From: Octopus vulgaris
Taxonomy: Eukaryota
Length of the DNA: 64,000 bases
Direction of reading: 5' to 3'
Assembly: GCA_951406725.2 (NCBI GenBank)
Contig: OX597816.1
Location: forward strand, 44,454,001 to 44,518,000
Program-made: the position numbers and the translations under genes
Shown here: in pieces, positions 1 through 12,849 of the stretch
How positions within the stretch are numbered: the first letter of the stretch is position 1
Layout: the number at the start of each line of letters is the position of its first letter
Notes under the pieces: model-generated
Told to the model about the DNA's origin: nothing
Seen by the model: only the letters and a program-made list of their open reading frames with translations
Databases searched by the model: none

Positions 1-620
1 GTTATCAAATTACTATATATCATTTTATAGAATTAACATAAAGATCACCTACCAAATAAATAAACTGAGTATCATAGCAGGTTGACTAAACTAATTGAAG
101 TAGTTTTGTTGCCTGAATTAACGGTAAATGTCTGAAGTGGTTAGTCAAGAAGCATGAGTTATATGCTTAGAAAGCCATACAAAGTCGGAGAAGACCTATG
201 TTGGCAGGAATAGTAACTTACCAATAGAGTGCTACTTGTACCAAGAATTCACAAACGAGAACAGGCTATACCACAATTTAATGAGGTTAGATTTGACAAT
301 CGAATGGATATTTCGCGTAATCTTAACTTGAAACTGTCATATATATACAATCAAGGCCTTTAATATCTATCATAAATTATAGGTAACTTTATTTGAAATT
401 CAAGTACAAAAGTGAACTGACTCTACATAAATAACATTTATATAACAAATTTTACGGTAAAGGCAGAGCACACCGATAGTTGTTTGTTTGTAAATATAAA
501 AGAAGTCAAGGACTTAAACAAAATCTTCTGACAAGTGAAAAAGGCAGCTGGATATTCTGAAAGGCGGATTTCAAAGTCGTATTCAGATGATATTCAAATA
601 TTACGTCGTCTTATGATGAG
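1..620 (+). pseudogene. Possible highly decayed LINE reverse transcriptase fragment
   Basis: Faint RT-like peptides (IKAFNIYHKL ~ SKAFD.V.H..L; LYINNI...DSCLF...DLNKI ~ LFINDL..DD..L...DL..I) broken by stops. Confidence 0.3.
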
Positions 621-669
621 CAACAGTTATGAAAATTGACAAATTGAAAAGTAGTGTACTTAAACAATG

Positions 670-671
670 TA

Positions 672-734
<63 letters not shown>

Positions 735-769
735 GTACACACTCTCTCTTTCTCTCCCTACATATATGC

Positions 770-850
<81 letters not shown>
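670..850. repeat. (ATCT)n and (TA)n microsatellites
   Basis: Seen directly. Confidence 0.98.
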
Positions 851-853
<3 letters not shown>

Positions 854-1018
854 AAAGATAAATGCGATACAATAAAATTAATTATAATCGCCGGTGTACC
901 AGTACACGCCATATATTATACATATATCATTACATTCAAGGCGAAGAGTGCACTAGATACACAATAGCTGGATAAATTTAGTGAGATGAAAATTAAAAAC
1001 TTTTACAAACTTAACTTT

Positions 1019-1091
1019 TCTTATACTGCAGTTTCGCCAAATTCAGTAATAAAAATAGTATTTATTTACTCAGGCTGGCTCTTCAGTAAGA
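1019..1091 (-). ncRNA. Type I hammerhead ribozyme, copy 1
   Basis: Minus strand reads TCTTA-CTGAAGA-GCCA...TGGC-GAAA-CTGCAG-TA-TAAGA. Stem I TCTTA/TAAGA, canonical CUGANGA and GAAA, palindromic stem III ACTGCAGT, GUA cleavage triplet. Confidence 0.88.
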
Positions 1092-1422
1092 TTCCTGTTA
1101 ATGATGGGAAGACCATATCAATAGACCCATGTGCGTCTATCGAAATGCTCTTTCTAAACTATTCAAAACACTGCGCAGACTCAGAACAAACCCGACAAAA
1201 TAGGGGATTGTGGTATATCGTCTAACGGTCAGAAATTTATCGAGAGAATATGTAAACAAAGATAAATGCGATACAATAAAATTAATTATAATCGCCAGTG
1301 TACCAGTACACGCCATATATTATACATATATCATTACATTCAAGGCGAAGAGTGCACTAGATACACAATAGCTGGATAAATTTAGTGAGATGAAAATTAA
1401 AAACTTTTACAAACTTAACTTT

Positions 1423-1495
1423 TCTGATACTGCAGTTTCGCCAAATTCAGTAATAAAAATAGTATTTATTTACTCAGGCTGGCTCTTCAGTAAGA
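1423..1495 (-). ncRNA. Type I hammerhead ribozyme, copy 2 (one stem I mismatch)
   Basis: Same as copy 1 shifted by 404. A T>G change at 1426 makes the stem I 3' strand TCAGA. Confidence 0.8.
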
Positions 1496-1826
1496 TTCCT
1501 GTTAATGATGGGAAGACCATATCAATAGACCCATGTGCGTCTATCGAAATGCTCTTTCTAAACTATTCAAAACACTGCGCAGACTCAGAACAAACCCGAC
1601 AAAATAGGGGATTGTGGTATATCGTCTAACGGTCAGAAATTTATCGAGAGAATATGTAAACAAAGATAAATGCGATACAATAAAATTAATTATAATCGCC
1701 GGTGTACCAGTACACGCCATATATTATACATATATCATTACATTCAAGGCGAAGAGTGCACTAGATACACAATAGCTGGATAAATTTAGAGAGATGAAAA
1801 TTAAAAACTTTTACAAACTTAACTTT

Positions 1827-1899
1827 TCTTATACTGCAGTTTCGCCAAATTCAGTAATAAAAATAGTATTTATTTACTCAGGCTGGCTCTTCAGTAAGA
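1827..1899 (-). ncRNA. Type I hammerhead ribozyme, copy 3
   Basis: Identical motif to copy 1 shifted by 808. Confidence 0.88.
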
Positions 1900-1988
1900 T
1901 TCCTGTTAATGATGGGAAGACCATATCAATAGACCCATGTGCGTCTATCGAAATGCTCTTTCTAAACTATTCAAAACACTGCGCAGAC

Positions 1989-2101
<113 letters not shown>

Positions 2102-3135
2102 AATTGGTGCTGAAAAGTCCTGTCTTTAAGGGTATCACGAAAGGGTCGAACTATTACCTTTACAAGAGAGGTAGGAGAAGGTATGCAAAACATCATTATG
2201 GTATATGATATCTTTCTCTTTTTTGCAGATTTAACACATCATGACAGCTCCTACGTTGGATTTTGGTAAAATTTAATCACCGATGGTCATGAAGTTCCTG
2301 TTTTAACAAGACGTTGCCTCAGCAAGTTCACTGTCTGATGACCGGAACACTTAAAAGATACGGTAGCAGAAAACTACTAGGCTCCAACTAAATAAGGTAA
2401 CAGCTGCTAATACAACCACCTGACACATCTGCAAGACTAAAACAGCCGAAAATCCTGGCGCGGATTTCACTATCCATAGCTACTGGTTTAACGGTAAGAT
2501 GGCATATCAACTGGATTAAACCAATGACGCGGCTACCACATGACCTATGGACGTACAAGGACAAGCGACCTGAAGATTCTGACTCTGCACGTGACTATCT
2601 TTAAGAATCATTCTGTACGTTAACTCATAGGATCCTGAGCCACTTTCACTCCGTAAAAACGATTAAATAACGACGAGGAAGCTAACAATCTGTTCACGTC
2701 CCTCAAAATTAACGTTTTCGAAAACCATACAGATGTATATTAACATAATTAATTTATTAATATAAATTTACAAAGCTTTACATTTTTTTTTCTGTCAAAA
2801 ATGTCAGGAGAACAGTTCGGTTCCTCTCCAATTATTTGTAAATTCTTAAATATATCGACTTCTGTGTATATATATACAACCAAACAAACATGATTTTTAT
2901 TGAACTCCCAATACTTTTTGTTGAATACTTTCTTAAATATTTTTGCAAGCTGTTTTTAACATTTTCTTATTATTATCAAAGAATGTATATATGTATTTTA
3001 ATACTTTGTGACAACCAGTTCTTAACAAAACAAAGCTTGTACAAAGCTTTACATTTTACTTTTGACATTCTTTTTCTAAAAAAGTGAAACCGGTCAAGCC
3101 AATAAACATATTTTGAATTGCATTTTCAAACCTTC

Positions 3136-3176
<41 letters not shown>

Positions 3177-3262
3177 TGTGTGTATATACATAATTCTTTT
3201 TTTTTCAGAATGAGATAAAAAAACCATGACTGTGAAGATTTTAGAACATTTATAAATAGAAG

Positions 3263-3310
3263 GTCTTATAGCTGTTTCCAGGATATTTATTATATCCCTT
3301 CATCGGAGAC
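3263..3310 (-). ncRNA. Minimal hammerhead motif (U4C core, decayed stem III) in a probable PLE pseudo-LTR remnant
   Basis: Minus strand reads GTCT-CCGATGA-AGGGATAT-AATAA-ATATCCTG-GAAA-CAGCTA-TA-AGAC. Stem I GTCT/AGAC, 7-bp stem II. Confidence 0.7.
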
Positions 3311-4057
3311 TGTGTGAGAAAATGGTTAAGCAATAGTTAATTTAGATAAGAAAGGAAATAGAGAGTGAAGTGAAGGAATGAAAATAGATGTGAGATATGC
3401 AGGGATATTGCATTTGTAGATCCTTTATTTAGGCAGAATGGTATACATATAAGATTCCAATACCTTGTGAGTAAATTCCAATAGTATTTAAAATTGGTCA
3501 TTGTAAATTCCAATGGTATATAAAGTTGGTCATTCCAAGTATAGAGTTTGTACATAGTGCTATTGAATCGTGGGTTTTAGTTAAAGTGATCTAAAAGTAG
3601 GGGATGTATTTGTAAAGTCAAATCGAAAACAGAAAGAGAGAAATAAAGAAAAGAGTGAAAAAGAGAAGAAAAAATAAGAAAAAAGAAAAAAACGGGAAGA
3701 GAGGAATAAAGTAAAGAAAAATAAATGTAAACAAGAAAAACAAGGAGAGAGATAATACAGAGAAGTAGATAGGGAACGTGTACCAGTTAGTGGTCAGTCA
3801 AGAGAGCTTGAAAGTAGGAGTGAGGAGATTAGGGTGACAGAGAGAGAAAGATATTAGAGTCTAAAAAGATAATAGGGTAAAGAGTAAAGGAGTGTCACAC
3901 AGAAGGAATGGGATGATAGTGAGAGAGAGGTATAATAGTGTAAACGGTAAAGGATTGTCTGTTATGTAGTGATAGAGTCTGAGTGATGGGGCAGAGAGAT
4001 GGATAGTAATATGGTGGAATGAAGAATTTAGGAATATGGATTAGGTGGTGATTAATT

Positions 4058-4490
4058 ACGGTTCAGTTCAGTCCATTATCACTGACGATTTGTGTATGGG
4101 ATGCGTGTTTGCCAAGTTTGTGCCAAAACTGTTTTCATCTGACCAAAAAGGACACTTGAGTTTGAGTTGCACAAGATTTCATTGATTGTATCGTGAATGA
4201 TTAAACCTTTTTGAAAACTCTGCATAGGCCTCTGAGTTGGAATCGCCAAGCCTTTTCAAAATTTGATGCAAATTCTCTGCTCATCTATCTTTGTCATGAT
4301 CAATGCAATGATCACGCGGTACAAACGTTCCTTCCAAGCACTGCACTAAACGAAGGATGTGAGGTAGAACGTTACAAATTAGTGCTCATGTACAGCAGAG
4401 TTCAAGTTCAATCTGTGCCAAGCGGGTTCATGCTGCATGCTTCAGCTTCGTTTCAATGGCAACAGTCTGGATACTTACTGATCAGACCAT
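4058..4490. mobile_element. Tc1/mariner transposase remnant with internal inversion
   Basis: Plus strand 4063-4220 gives VQSIITDDLCMGCVFAKFVPKLFSSDQK (WVPHEL-like linker). Minus strand 4290-4220 gives EQRICIKF..LGDS (mariner N-terminus). Confidence 0.7.
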
Positions 4491-5388
4491 CTATGTATAC
4501 ACGTAAGATATATATATATATATATATATATATGCTTAAGTATACGCATATATACATAATATATGTATACACATTATACAATATATAGATTAAATTAATA
4601 CGTGTATTTGATCATGTATTCATATAATATCATATAACATTCGTGATATGTGTGTGTGTGCAAATATATATATATATATATGTATATATATGTGTGTGTT
4701 TATGTGTGTATTTATATGTATAATACTAGGTAGAGAGAGTTTGGGAGAGAGAAAGTTATAAAGATAGAGAGAGAAAATAGAGAGAATGAGAGAGAGAGAG
4801 AGAGAGCGTTGAGGATAAATGAAAGAAGTGATGCTGAGGTACTCGCTAATACGTACTAGAAAGGAGAAATATTGCAAAACAAAGTTTCAATGCAGTGTGA
4901 TGAGAAAAAGAACAGTATCAAAGAATGTCCCAAAATATGTTAACAGAAATCAAAGGAGAACAGCTGGATATAAAGAACATTAGGAGAGTAATTAAACGGC
5001 AACCTGGTTAGATCTATAAAAGATCAAAAAGACTAACTCCGCGAAGTATAATCCCAAACCAATGAGAGCTAGTGAGAGAGAGGGGGGAGGAAGAGGAGGA
5101 GGAGGAAACAAAGTGGCTTGAAAAACCATAGGTATTGAAAGTTGCTGTTCCGAATGAATATTTCTGATGAGAAAAACAACGATAGACAGGAATATAGACC
5201 TTGTCTGCAATGTATTTTTTTTTTCAATGTGCAAATGATTTGAAGGGCGGTGATATAGCAACTGTTTATGACCACTGCACGTAAACACAGGATAACAAAT
5301 TTGATTTCAGGTTAGTTCAATTTTGCCCTCGTTATGTAGCCACGTATGAAAACCTTACGTGTTGTGTCTAAACATCTGCGTTGTTCAT

Positions 5389-5600
5389 GGCGGCGAGCTG
5401 GCAGAATCGTTGGCACACCGGGTGAAATGCTCAGTGGCATTTCGCCAGTCATTATATTTTGACTTCAAATTCTGATGAAGTCGACTTCGTCTTTCATCCA
5501 TTCGTAGTCGATAAAATAATTACAATTTGATTACTCGGATCGATGTAACCGATTTACCACCTCCCCTGAAATTGCTGGCCTTGTGCCAAAATTTGAAATC
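5389..5600 (+). mobile_element. tRNA-derived SINE family A
   Basis: GGCGAGCTGGCAGAATCGTT A-box head and TTCAAATTC B-box, followed by the CTTTCATCC..GTCGATAAA conserved domain. Confidence 0.85.
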
Positions 5601-5739
5601 ATTATTTGTGTTTTTCTATAATTCTAAGGAATTTATAGAAGACACAACTCCATTGGAATAGCATCCCTCGAGAACCAGTTTAAAGCATCGACAGAATCGG
5701 ATTGATTTAGCATCAACCAAGAACATTTTCCAGTTATAA

Positions 5740-5935
5740 GCTCAAAGCTTGGAATTTTGAAGCAGACAGCTTGTCAATAACATCGACCCAAGTATTCAGC
5801 TGGTACTTATTTTATCGACCACAAAAAATAAAAGGTAATGTCGAACATGGCTGAATTTGAAACTTAGAACGTTAAGCCGGAAGAAATGCCACAAGTACTT
5901 TGTCCTGCGTGCTAACGACTTTGCCAGCTCACTGA
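5740..5935 (-). mobile_element. SINE family A, diverged
   Basis: Reverse complement of the family A head and core. Confidence 0.7.
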
Positions 5936-6529
5936 AAGAAAGCGCGCTAGAAAATTTGATAATATACAGCAATTATCAAGTGTAAGCCGATACATAGAGA
6001 TAGAGGAGAAGTGAAAGATAGGGAGGAGGAGGAGGAGGAGGAGGAGGAGGAAGGGAGAGAATGTGATATTGGCAAAGTTCATGATAGTTTCATAATCTTT
6101 CAATGAGAGGGAACATGTTCCTGGATTAGTTGCGTTTCAATAATCTTTTTCCATTTACTGGACATATAATCACCATTATCTCCATTTAATGTAAAGGATT
6201 TATGGATGAAAGATATATTCGAATAGACATGAATATGTGCGTATGATAGGTGAATTATTTTCTGCAGGTATACTGAAGCGCAAATCTGTAAACCAACTAA
6301 AACTAGTTATTTCTATTTTCTTGCTATTGAAGTACCTATTTTGAGTAGATGGATTTTTCTAGAATTAGGTGTGTTGTCAACACCCTACCAACCATAGGTG
6401 ACACATATGAAGTTGGTTGTTTTGCATCTTATACAACCTTGCCATCCGATTTCTCATGTAGAGCCCCAATATATTTTAATATTGATATGTCCGTTCTATT
6501 ATAGGCAGAAGGTATGAATTTGTTTTTTG

Positions 6530-7372
6530 CTTTTGGCTGGGGTTGGGTAATCGATTACACTGACCAGGGTCTTCAACGAGCAATTGTTTTCTCGACTCTG
6601 AGAAAGGATGAAAGGGAATGTTATACTCTAGGCACAAAGCCCGAAATTTTGGGAGAGGTGGGCCAGTCGATTAGATCAACCCTAGTACGCAACTGGTACT
6701 TAATGTATCGACCCCCAAAAGGATGAAAGGCAATGTAAACCTCGGCGGAATTTGAACTCAGAACGTAAGGATTAGGCACAAAGCCCGAAATTTTGGGGTA
6801 GGTGGCGCAGTCGATTAGATCGACCCCAGTACGCAACTGGTACTTAATTTATCGACCTCAAAAGGATGAAAGTCAAAGTCAACCACGGCGGAATTTGAAC
6901 TCAGAACGTAAATATTGACGAAATGTCGCTAAGCATTATGTTCGGTATGCTAACTTTTCTTATTTCTTTATTGCCTAGAAGGGGTTAAACATAGAGGGTT
7001 AGACAAGGACAAAGGGATTAAGCCGATTACATTGACCCCAGTGCGTAACTGGTACTTAATTTATCGACCCCGAAAGGATGAAAGGCTAAGTCGACCTCGG
7101 CGTAATTTGAACTCAGAACGTAACGGCTGACGAAATTCCTATTTCTTTACTACCTATAAGGGACTAAACACAGAAGTGACAAACAAAGACAGACGAACGG
7201 GTTAAGTCGATTATATCGACCCCAGTGTGTAACTGGTACTTAATTTAATCGACCCCGAAAGGATGAAAGGCAAAGTCGACCTCGATTGAATTTGAACTCA
7301 GAACGTAGCGGCAGACGAAATACCGCTAAGCATTTCGCCCGGCGTGCTAACGTTTCTACCAGCTCGCCACCT
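6530..7372 (-). mobile_element. Head-to-tail stack of 4-5 SINE family A copies
   Basis: Repeated CTGGTACTTAATTTATCGACCCCGAAAGGATGAAAGGCAAAGTCGACC-GAATTTGAACTCAGAACGT blocks. Full head at 7372. Confidence 0.9.
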
Positions 7373-7759
7373 TTATATATTTTAACATCGATGATTTACC
7401 ATCTATTTCCAACGCATACCTTTCACATTCATATTTTCTTATTTCATCTTGATGAATCTTCTTCTGCACTATGACTCCATAAGTTTTACTGCCGATGAGT
7501 AGCATTATTATCTAATTAGTGTGTTATTCATAAATATAACACGAAGTTTAACACACCGTTGACACGATGTGCAGGTGTAATTCGTATTTTTGCACATAAT
7601 TTGTTTGCATTTCCTTCGACACAAAAGCTGAGTCAATTTTTCAAAATCTTCATGGATGTTATGCTGTCTAAGTCTTAATACTTCCTACGTTAAGTGAGAA
7701 AACAGAACCTCTAGCAAGAGGAAGCGTATGATAGTATATCTCATGTCATGTTTATATCT

Positions 7760-7932
7760 ACCTACCTACCCTACTTGCATGCCTACCTACTTACCTACCT
7801 ATTTACCTATCTACCTACCTACCTACCTACCTACCTACCTACCTACCTACCTACCTATCTATCTATCTATGTATCAATTATCTTTTTACCCCTCTGCTCT
7901 CTCCCTCCCACTCTCTCTATCTATGTATGTAT

Positions 7933-7996
<64 letters not shown>

Positions 7997-8054
7997 TATA
8001 TATATATATATATATATATCATTTACCCTGTAAGTTTGGAGTTCTACTCCCTAA

Positions 8055-8110
<56 letters not shown>
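7760..8110. repeat. (CTAC)n, (TA)n and (TTA)n microsatellites
   Basis: Seen directly. Confidence 0.95.
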
Positions 8111-8112
<2 letters not shown>

Positions 8113-10359
8113 GTATATGTATGTATATATATATATACACACACAAATATACATATATACATATACATATAGACTTACATACACACAGAAATGCGTGTAT
8201 ATGTATGTGTGTATATGTATGCGTGTATGTAAATGTGTTTGTATCGAAATAAATGAGAATTGTGAAAATGAAATGTTTTTCATAAGTATGTTTCCTGTTG
8301 ATTTTTTTTTTTTTTGTTATTTCTTTGATTTCTTCCATTCTTTGTTCATTATTGCTACGAAAGCTTCCTGGTGTGAAATTGCTAATTTCTTTGGGTTTTC
8401 GTTTCTACTGTAATATCAAACTATGTTGTTGTTGTTGTTGTTGTTGCAGTTTCTGTTTACCACTTTCTCAGTCTAATATTTTGCTATACATTCAGTAATC
8501 TCTTACATCTAGCATGCATGTCATGTGTTAGATCAGAAATATATAGAGTATACTAGTTAGTATGCTTCGAAGATTGCTACAAACTTCAACGAGGATGTAT
8601 GAGTTCAGAGGTTCCGTCTCTTTCTGCTTTTGTATCAACACCTCTTCAGGCCAGAACTCACTGATGTTTCCACTGGAGTATACAAGGCACCCTTCAACAG
8701 GCCAATGAAACACGCATAAATCATATCCCGACGCTGCTGCCTACAATAATGAACGGCATCACATATTGCAAGATATTGGTGTAACTATATTTTTGATGTT
8801 CTTCATACTATTTCTGTTTAAACAAAAACGTCATGAGAAAATAGAACATCGTGCTAACACTAAAGCTGATGGTATTAATGATATTCAAAGTGTAGCTCTT
8901 ATCGCAATGAGTCTGTGGCGATCCCATTACTTGTAAGATTCAGATATGTATTATTGATGACATTACGAGAAGGAACCGTTCAGAATTTTGCTAATGAAGA
9001 CAGCTTAATAATCATGAGAGTCACGAAAATCTTACGGATGAATAATACCAATATATTATCATTTATTATAAAACAACATGAATATGACCAGAATATTATA
9101 TGACGATTTTATAAAGAGTGGTTTACTTCGGTACAAAATGATAAAGAAAATCGTTATTACGGTGCGAATATATAGATAAGACTGTATGACTGTAATTGAA
9201 TAATACCGTAATAGTAGCCGATAAAACTATCTAGTTTGGTAAATTTCCAAAAGACAGTTTTAAATGTACAGTCAGAATTTTTAGAAAACCAATAAACGTT
9301 TATCCTCGAGACAAGAATGACAATAGTGGTGACAACAGTCTACTTAAAAGTGGTGACTTCTAACTTTGGCACACGGCCACAAATATATCGGGGAGAGGAA
9401 CAGCCAACCGAATTGATAAAGTGCAGAACTTGGCTAAAATATATTTTATCGATTTCAAAAAGATGAAAGATGGAAATGACCCAGGTGGAATTTTAATTCG
9501 CGATGTAAACAATGCGTAAGTAGGTACCGACATTCACCACGAAAATAAAAACGATTTTTTAAAAAAAATCTTGTCACAAGGCCAGCACCAATTAAAGACA
9601 ACCTATTATTTCTACCATTTGCCAACATATTCTCAATATATTAATGGTTTAATATATAGACGCAAGGTCAAAAATTAGACTTGTAGAGTAGGTAATTATA
9701 TCTTACTGTACATGTACTTTATTTCATTGGCCCAGTAAAGATGAAATGCAAATTTCAACACAGCAGGATTTAAATATGCGGAGCTGAAAGAAACATTTTT
9801 ACCCTACGCTGTAATGATACTGAAAATTTAAATCATACTACTAAAAATGATTTCTTTTAATTACCGCCACCAGGGCCCATTCATAGTTACAATTATAACG
9901 TTATTAAAATGTGTGGGGGAACAAATTTATAAACTACAAAACAGAAGGTGGGAATAAAGCTTCATAAAATATATTTCGGTTTCCATAAGTCTTTTTTAAT
10001 GTCAAAATGGTGGGTTAATTTCGTGTAGATGTATATAGAAATTGACTGTGCTATTCACAAACTTGCTATCTGTATAGCCACTAATCAAATGTATGAATAT
10101 TATGCAGCCAATTTCATCAGCTCTGTGGAAGAGCCTTTCTTCATACGAACTCTGCACCTAGTCATTCATTGAATTTATAACCATGCCCACTAGAGGTGGA
10201 ACAGACTCAACAGATTTCTGAAGCTTTTTCACTTGCATCTTTGACTGGTTTTTCCCGCAAATTCAAAATACTCCTTTAAAATACCATTCGAGTGCCCCAC
10301 TAATACTAATAAGAGGGCTGTCTCAACCAACGTTACCATCCGTCACCAGTTATTGACGC

Positions 10360-10800
10360 TCTTCAAACATGATATGATACTTAAAATAAAGTATTGTTCT
10401 AACATTTGGAGTCGTGATGTGGCTACACACATTGAAATCCTAAACTGCATTCAGAAAAAGTCACTCAACTAACTGGTTTAAAATTACTCACAGCCACGTA
10501 CCAGCTTCATGTCCACGTTGTTTTGTCTAATCTCTCAACGTTTTCTACCACTAGTAATGGGTTCAGCTCCTTGGGGCTAGCTGGGTTCGTACCACCCCAT
10601 TCATCTATTTCCGACACACACGTCTCTCCTGCACTCAGCACTCACTCTCAGTTCACAAAATTATTATATCGAGCCCTTCCTTTCCATACGCAAGCTCCCT
10701 GGATTCGCCTTCCTGTTCATATCTTTCCTGTTGATGTTGATTTGCAAAAGTTCAAGAATAACGTTACGACATCACTCTCATCTCTATAAGATGGCCTTCG
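10360..10800 (+). mobile_element. Decayed CR1/Jockey-group LINE ORF2 C-terminus
   Basis: KYCSNIWS...ILNCIQKK and W.RLPVHIFPVDVDLQKFKNNV match the EYCS.IW..LD.IQ and WN.LP..FP...L..FK motifs of LINE ORF2 ends. Confidence 0.7.
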
Positions 10801-11439
10801 TGACAAGACTACGGGCACAGTATTTTCACCCAAATCCAGCGAATATAAAATTGTTGCTACTCTGAAGATCGAAATCCACGACATTCGGACAACTTTGCAA
10901 CCTTTCTCAACTCAAGAATCAAAACTTTCTGAATTAAACCGGAATAACAGAGCCACTGCATTTCATCTCCGTGTTTCAGACAGCTTCTCCTCAATTTAAA
11001 ATAACGCAAGAACGTTCGATCACATAATCCCCACGCATCACTCACCGAACAGTCTTACATCTATATTGAGAGACTTGAGCTCATGTATTGTGTGTCCTTG
11101 ACTATGGTGATCTCAGATCACATGCTTATAATATGTTATTCTCAACAGAACAGAATAACAAGTGGATTGGAAGAGAAAGCAGTAACCTGCTAAGTACCCA
11201 CCCCACCCCGATATTTTGTCTTTAAGGAGTATCCGGTAATTTCACGGGCAATTTTATCTTTTTTTTTACAGGTATGTACCTGGCAAGTGTTTTACGGGGA
11301 TGTACATGGCAAGTGTTTTTATCTGAAATCGTCACTTGAAATTAAAGCGATTGCAGCCTAGGGGACATATGTTGACCATTCAGAAATACACACGAAAAGA
11401 CTCGTAATTTCACTTAAACATTAATTGTTTCTAATACGG

Positions 11440-11481
11440 TGTCAAAATTTTCGTTGCTCGAAACCGATTTGGTCACTGACA
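11440..11481 (-). ncRNA. Hammerhead-like motif with G3-C8 swapped core
   Basis: Minus strand reads TGTCA-GTGACCA-AATCG-GTTTCGAGCAAC-GAAA-ATT-T-TGACA. Perfect 5-bp stem I and AATT palindromic stem III. Confidence 0.45.
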
Positions 11482-12072
11482 ACATTTTTTGATCTGTTCT
11501 TTTGCAGATGATTTTTACATTGTATAGAATCTTCCTTCTCCTTTTCCTCCATAGTACTAAGGTTAGAGTAATATCCTATCAGCATAGGTTTTGCAACACC
11601 GTATTGATACCCAGAATTCACGCTTTGTCTGGTAAACAGACCAGTAGTTATGAAATATATTTCTTCTTCCGCAACAGGATATCGAACCGCAGCGACTGTG
11701 TCCAACACTCGGAGGCTTACTTTTCTATCCACGCCATTTACAACCCTCACAGCAACAATACTATCAGTTTAAAGTTGTGAAATCTAATAATCTCTGAAAA
11801 GAAAAATGATTTCTTCACCGATCTCTAAAACAACCACTCCACGTATTATGTTTTCTTCTTTTTTATATCTGTATCGTCATATTTTTCTTTTCTTCGAATT
11901 TCTCTCTTTTTCTTATCCTCTTTTTCACTCTCTCTTTAAATTCATTATCTTTAAATCTCCGCCTCTCCCCACCTCTTTTTGCTTCTTTTTCCTGTCTTAG
12001 TTGCATTATTTCTCCCTTACATTAAGTTTTGTCTTCCTCATTCTTGTTTTCATGTTATTTGACTCATTTTAT

Positions 12073-12127
<55 letters not shown>

Positions 12128-12849
12128 AACTTTATTCTTTTATTTATTTCTGGAATAATTCTATCAGATCCGATGTTGGATACGTGACATGAGAATGAAA
12201 GTGAAGGATTTTTGCATTAAGTAGGCAATTAAACAAAGAACACATGAATTTTAGTTTGGATTTAAAAGGATTCAACTATCGGCTTACATGTTTTATTCCA
12301 TTATTTTATTTCCTTTTCTACATTATTTTCCTTTTTGTGTGCGTGTAAGACGAAGATATTTCTTTATTCCTTTTTCTTTAAATCTCAATCGTTCCAAAGA
12401 CGAAGGAGGTAACAGTGGCAGAAAAACGGTGGCAGAATGATGTCGGACATGATACCTTACTGTATTTAATTTTGTCACTGTGACGATTTTCATTCAAAAA
12501 CAGCCGATTATTCCACCGTTTTATAGACAATTGACTACATAGCTATTCTTTACTGAAAACAATATCAGTACGTTTAAATAAGAAAGTAATATTCATCGTA
12601 AATACTTTGTGTAGGCGTATGTATTAGACGTAGATATCACAAGACGGAAGGTTAATTTCGGAAAAAATCGACAGAAAGACGCTACTATTCGATTACTGAC
12701 GCACAGTTTGTATTTTATTTTTCACTAAAATATTTATAGACAAACAATCTTCCTGATTACATATACATGTGAACCTAAACATACACTCACACACAAAAAC
12801 ACACAGAAATGATTCTATACAGATGTGTGCGTGTATATGTATATATATT

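Larger units (their letters stand above)
851..1988 (-). repeat. 404-bp head-to-tail tandem repeat (2.8 copies) with one hammerhead ribozyme per unit; retrozyme / PLE pseudo-LTR array
   Basis: Unit start AACAAAGATAAATGCGATAC at 851, 1255 and 1659 (period 404). Only about 3 substitutions seen between copies. Flanked by (TA)n on both sides. No real ORF. Confidence 0.95.

Noticed and set aside
986-1225. 79-aa ORF repeated three times
   Set aside because: It is antisense to the hammerhead in the 404-bp unit and has no recognisable domain. Repetition only reflects the tandem array.
2229-2265. Possible 37-nt micro-exon (polypyrimidine-CAG ... GTAAAA)
   Set aside because: No partner exons or protein similarity, and such signals are common by chance.
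2330-2385. CTGATGA...GAAA hammerhead-like text
   Set aside because: No convincing stems I and III around the core.
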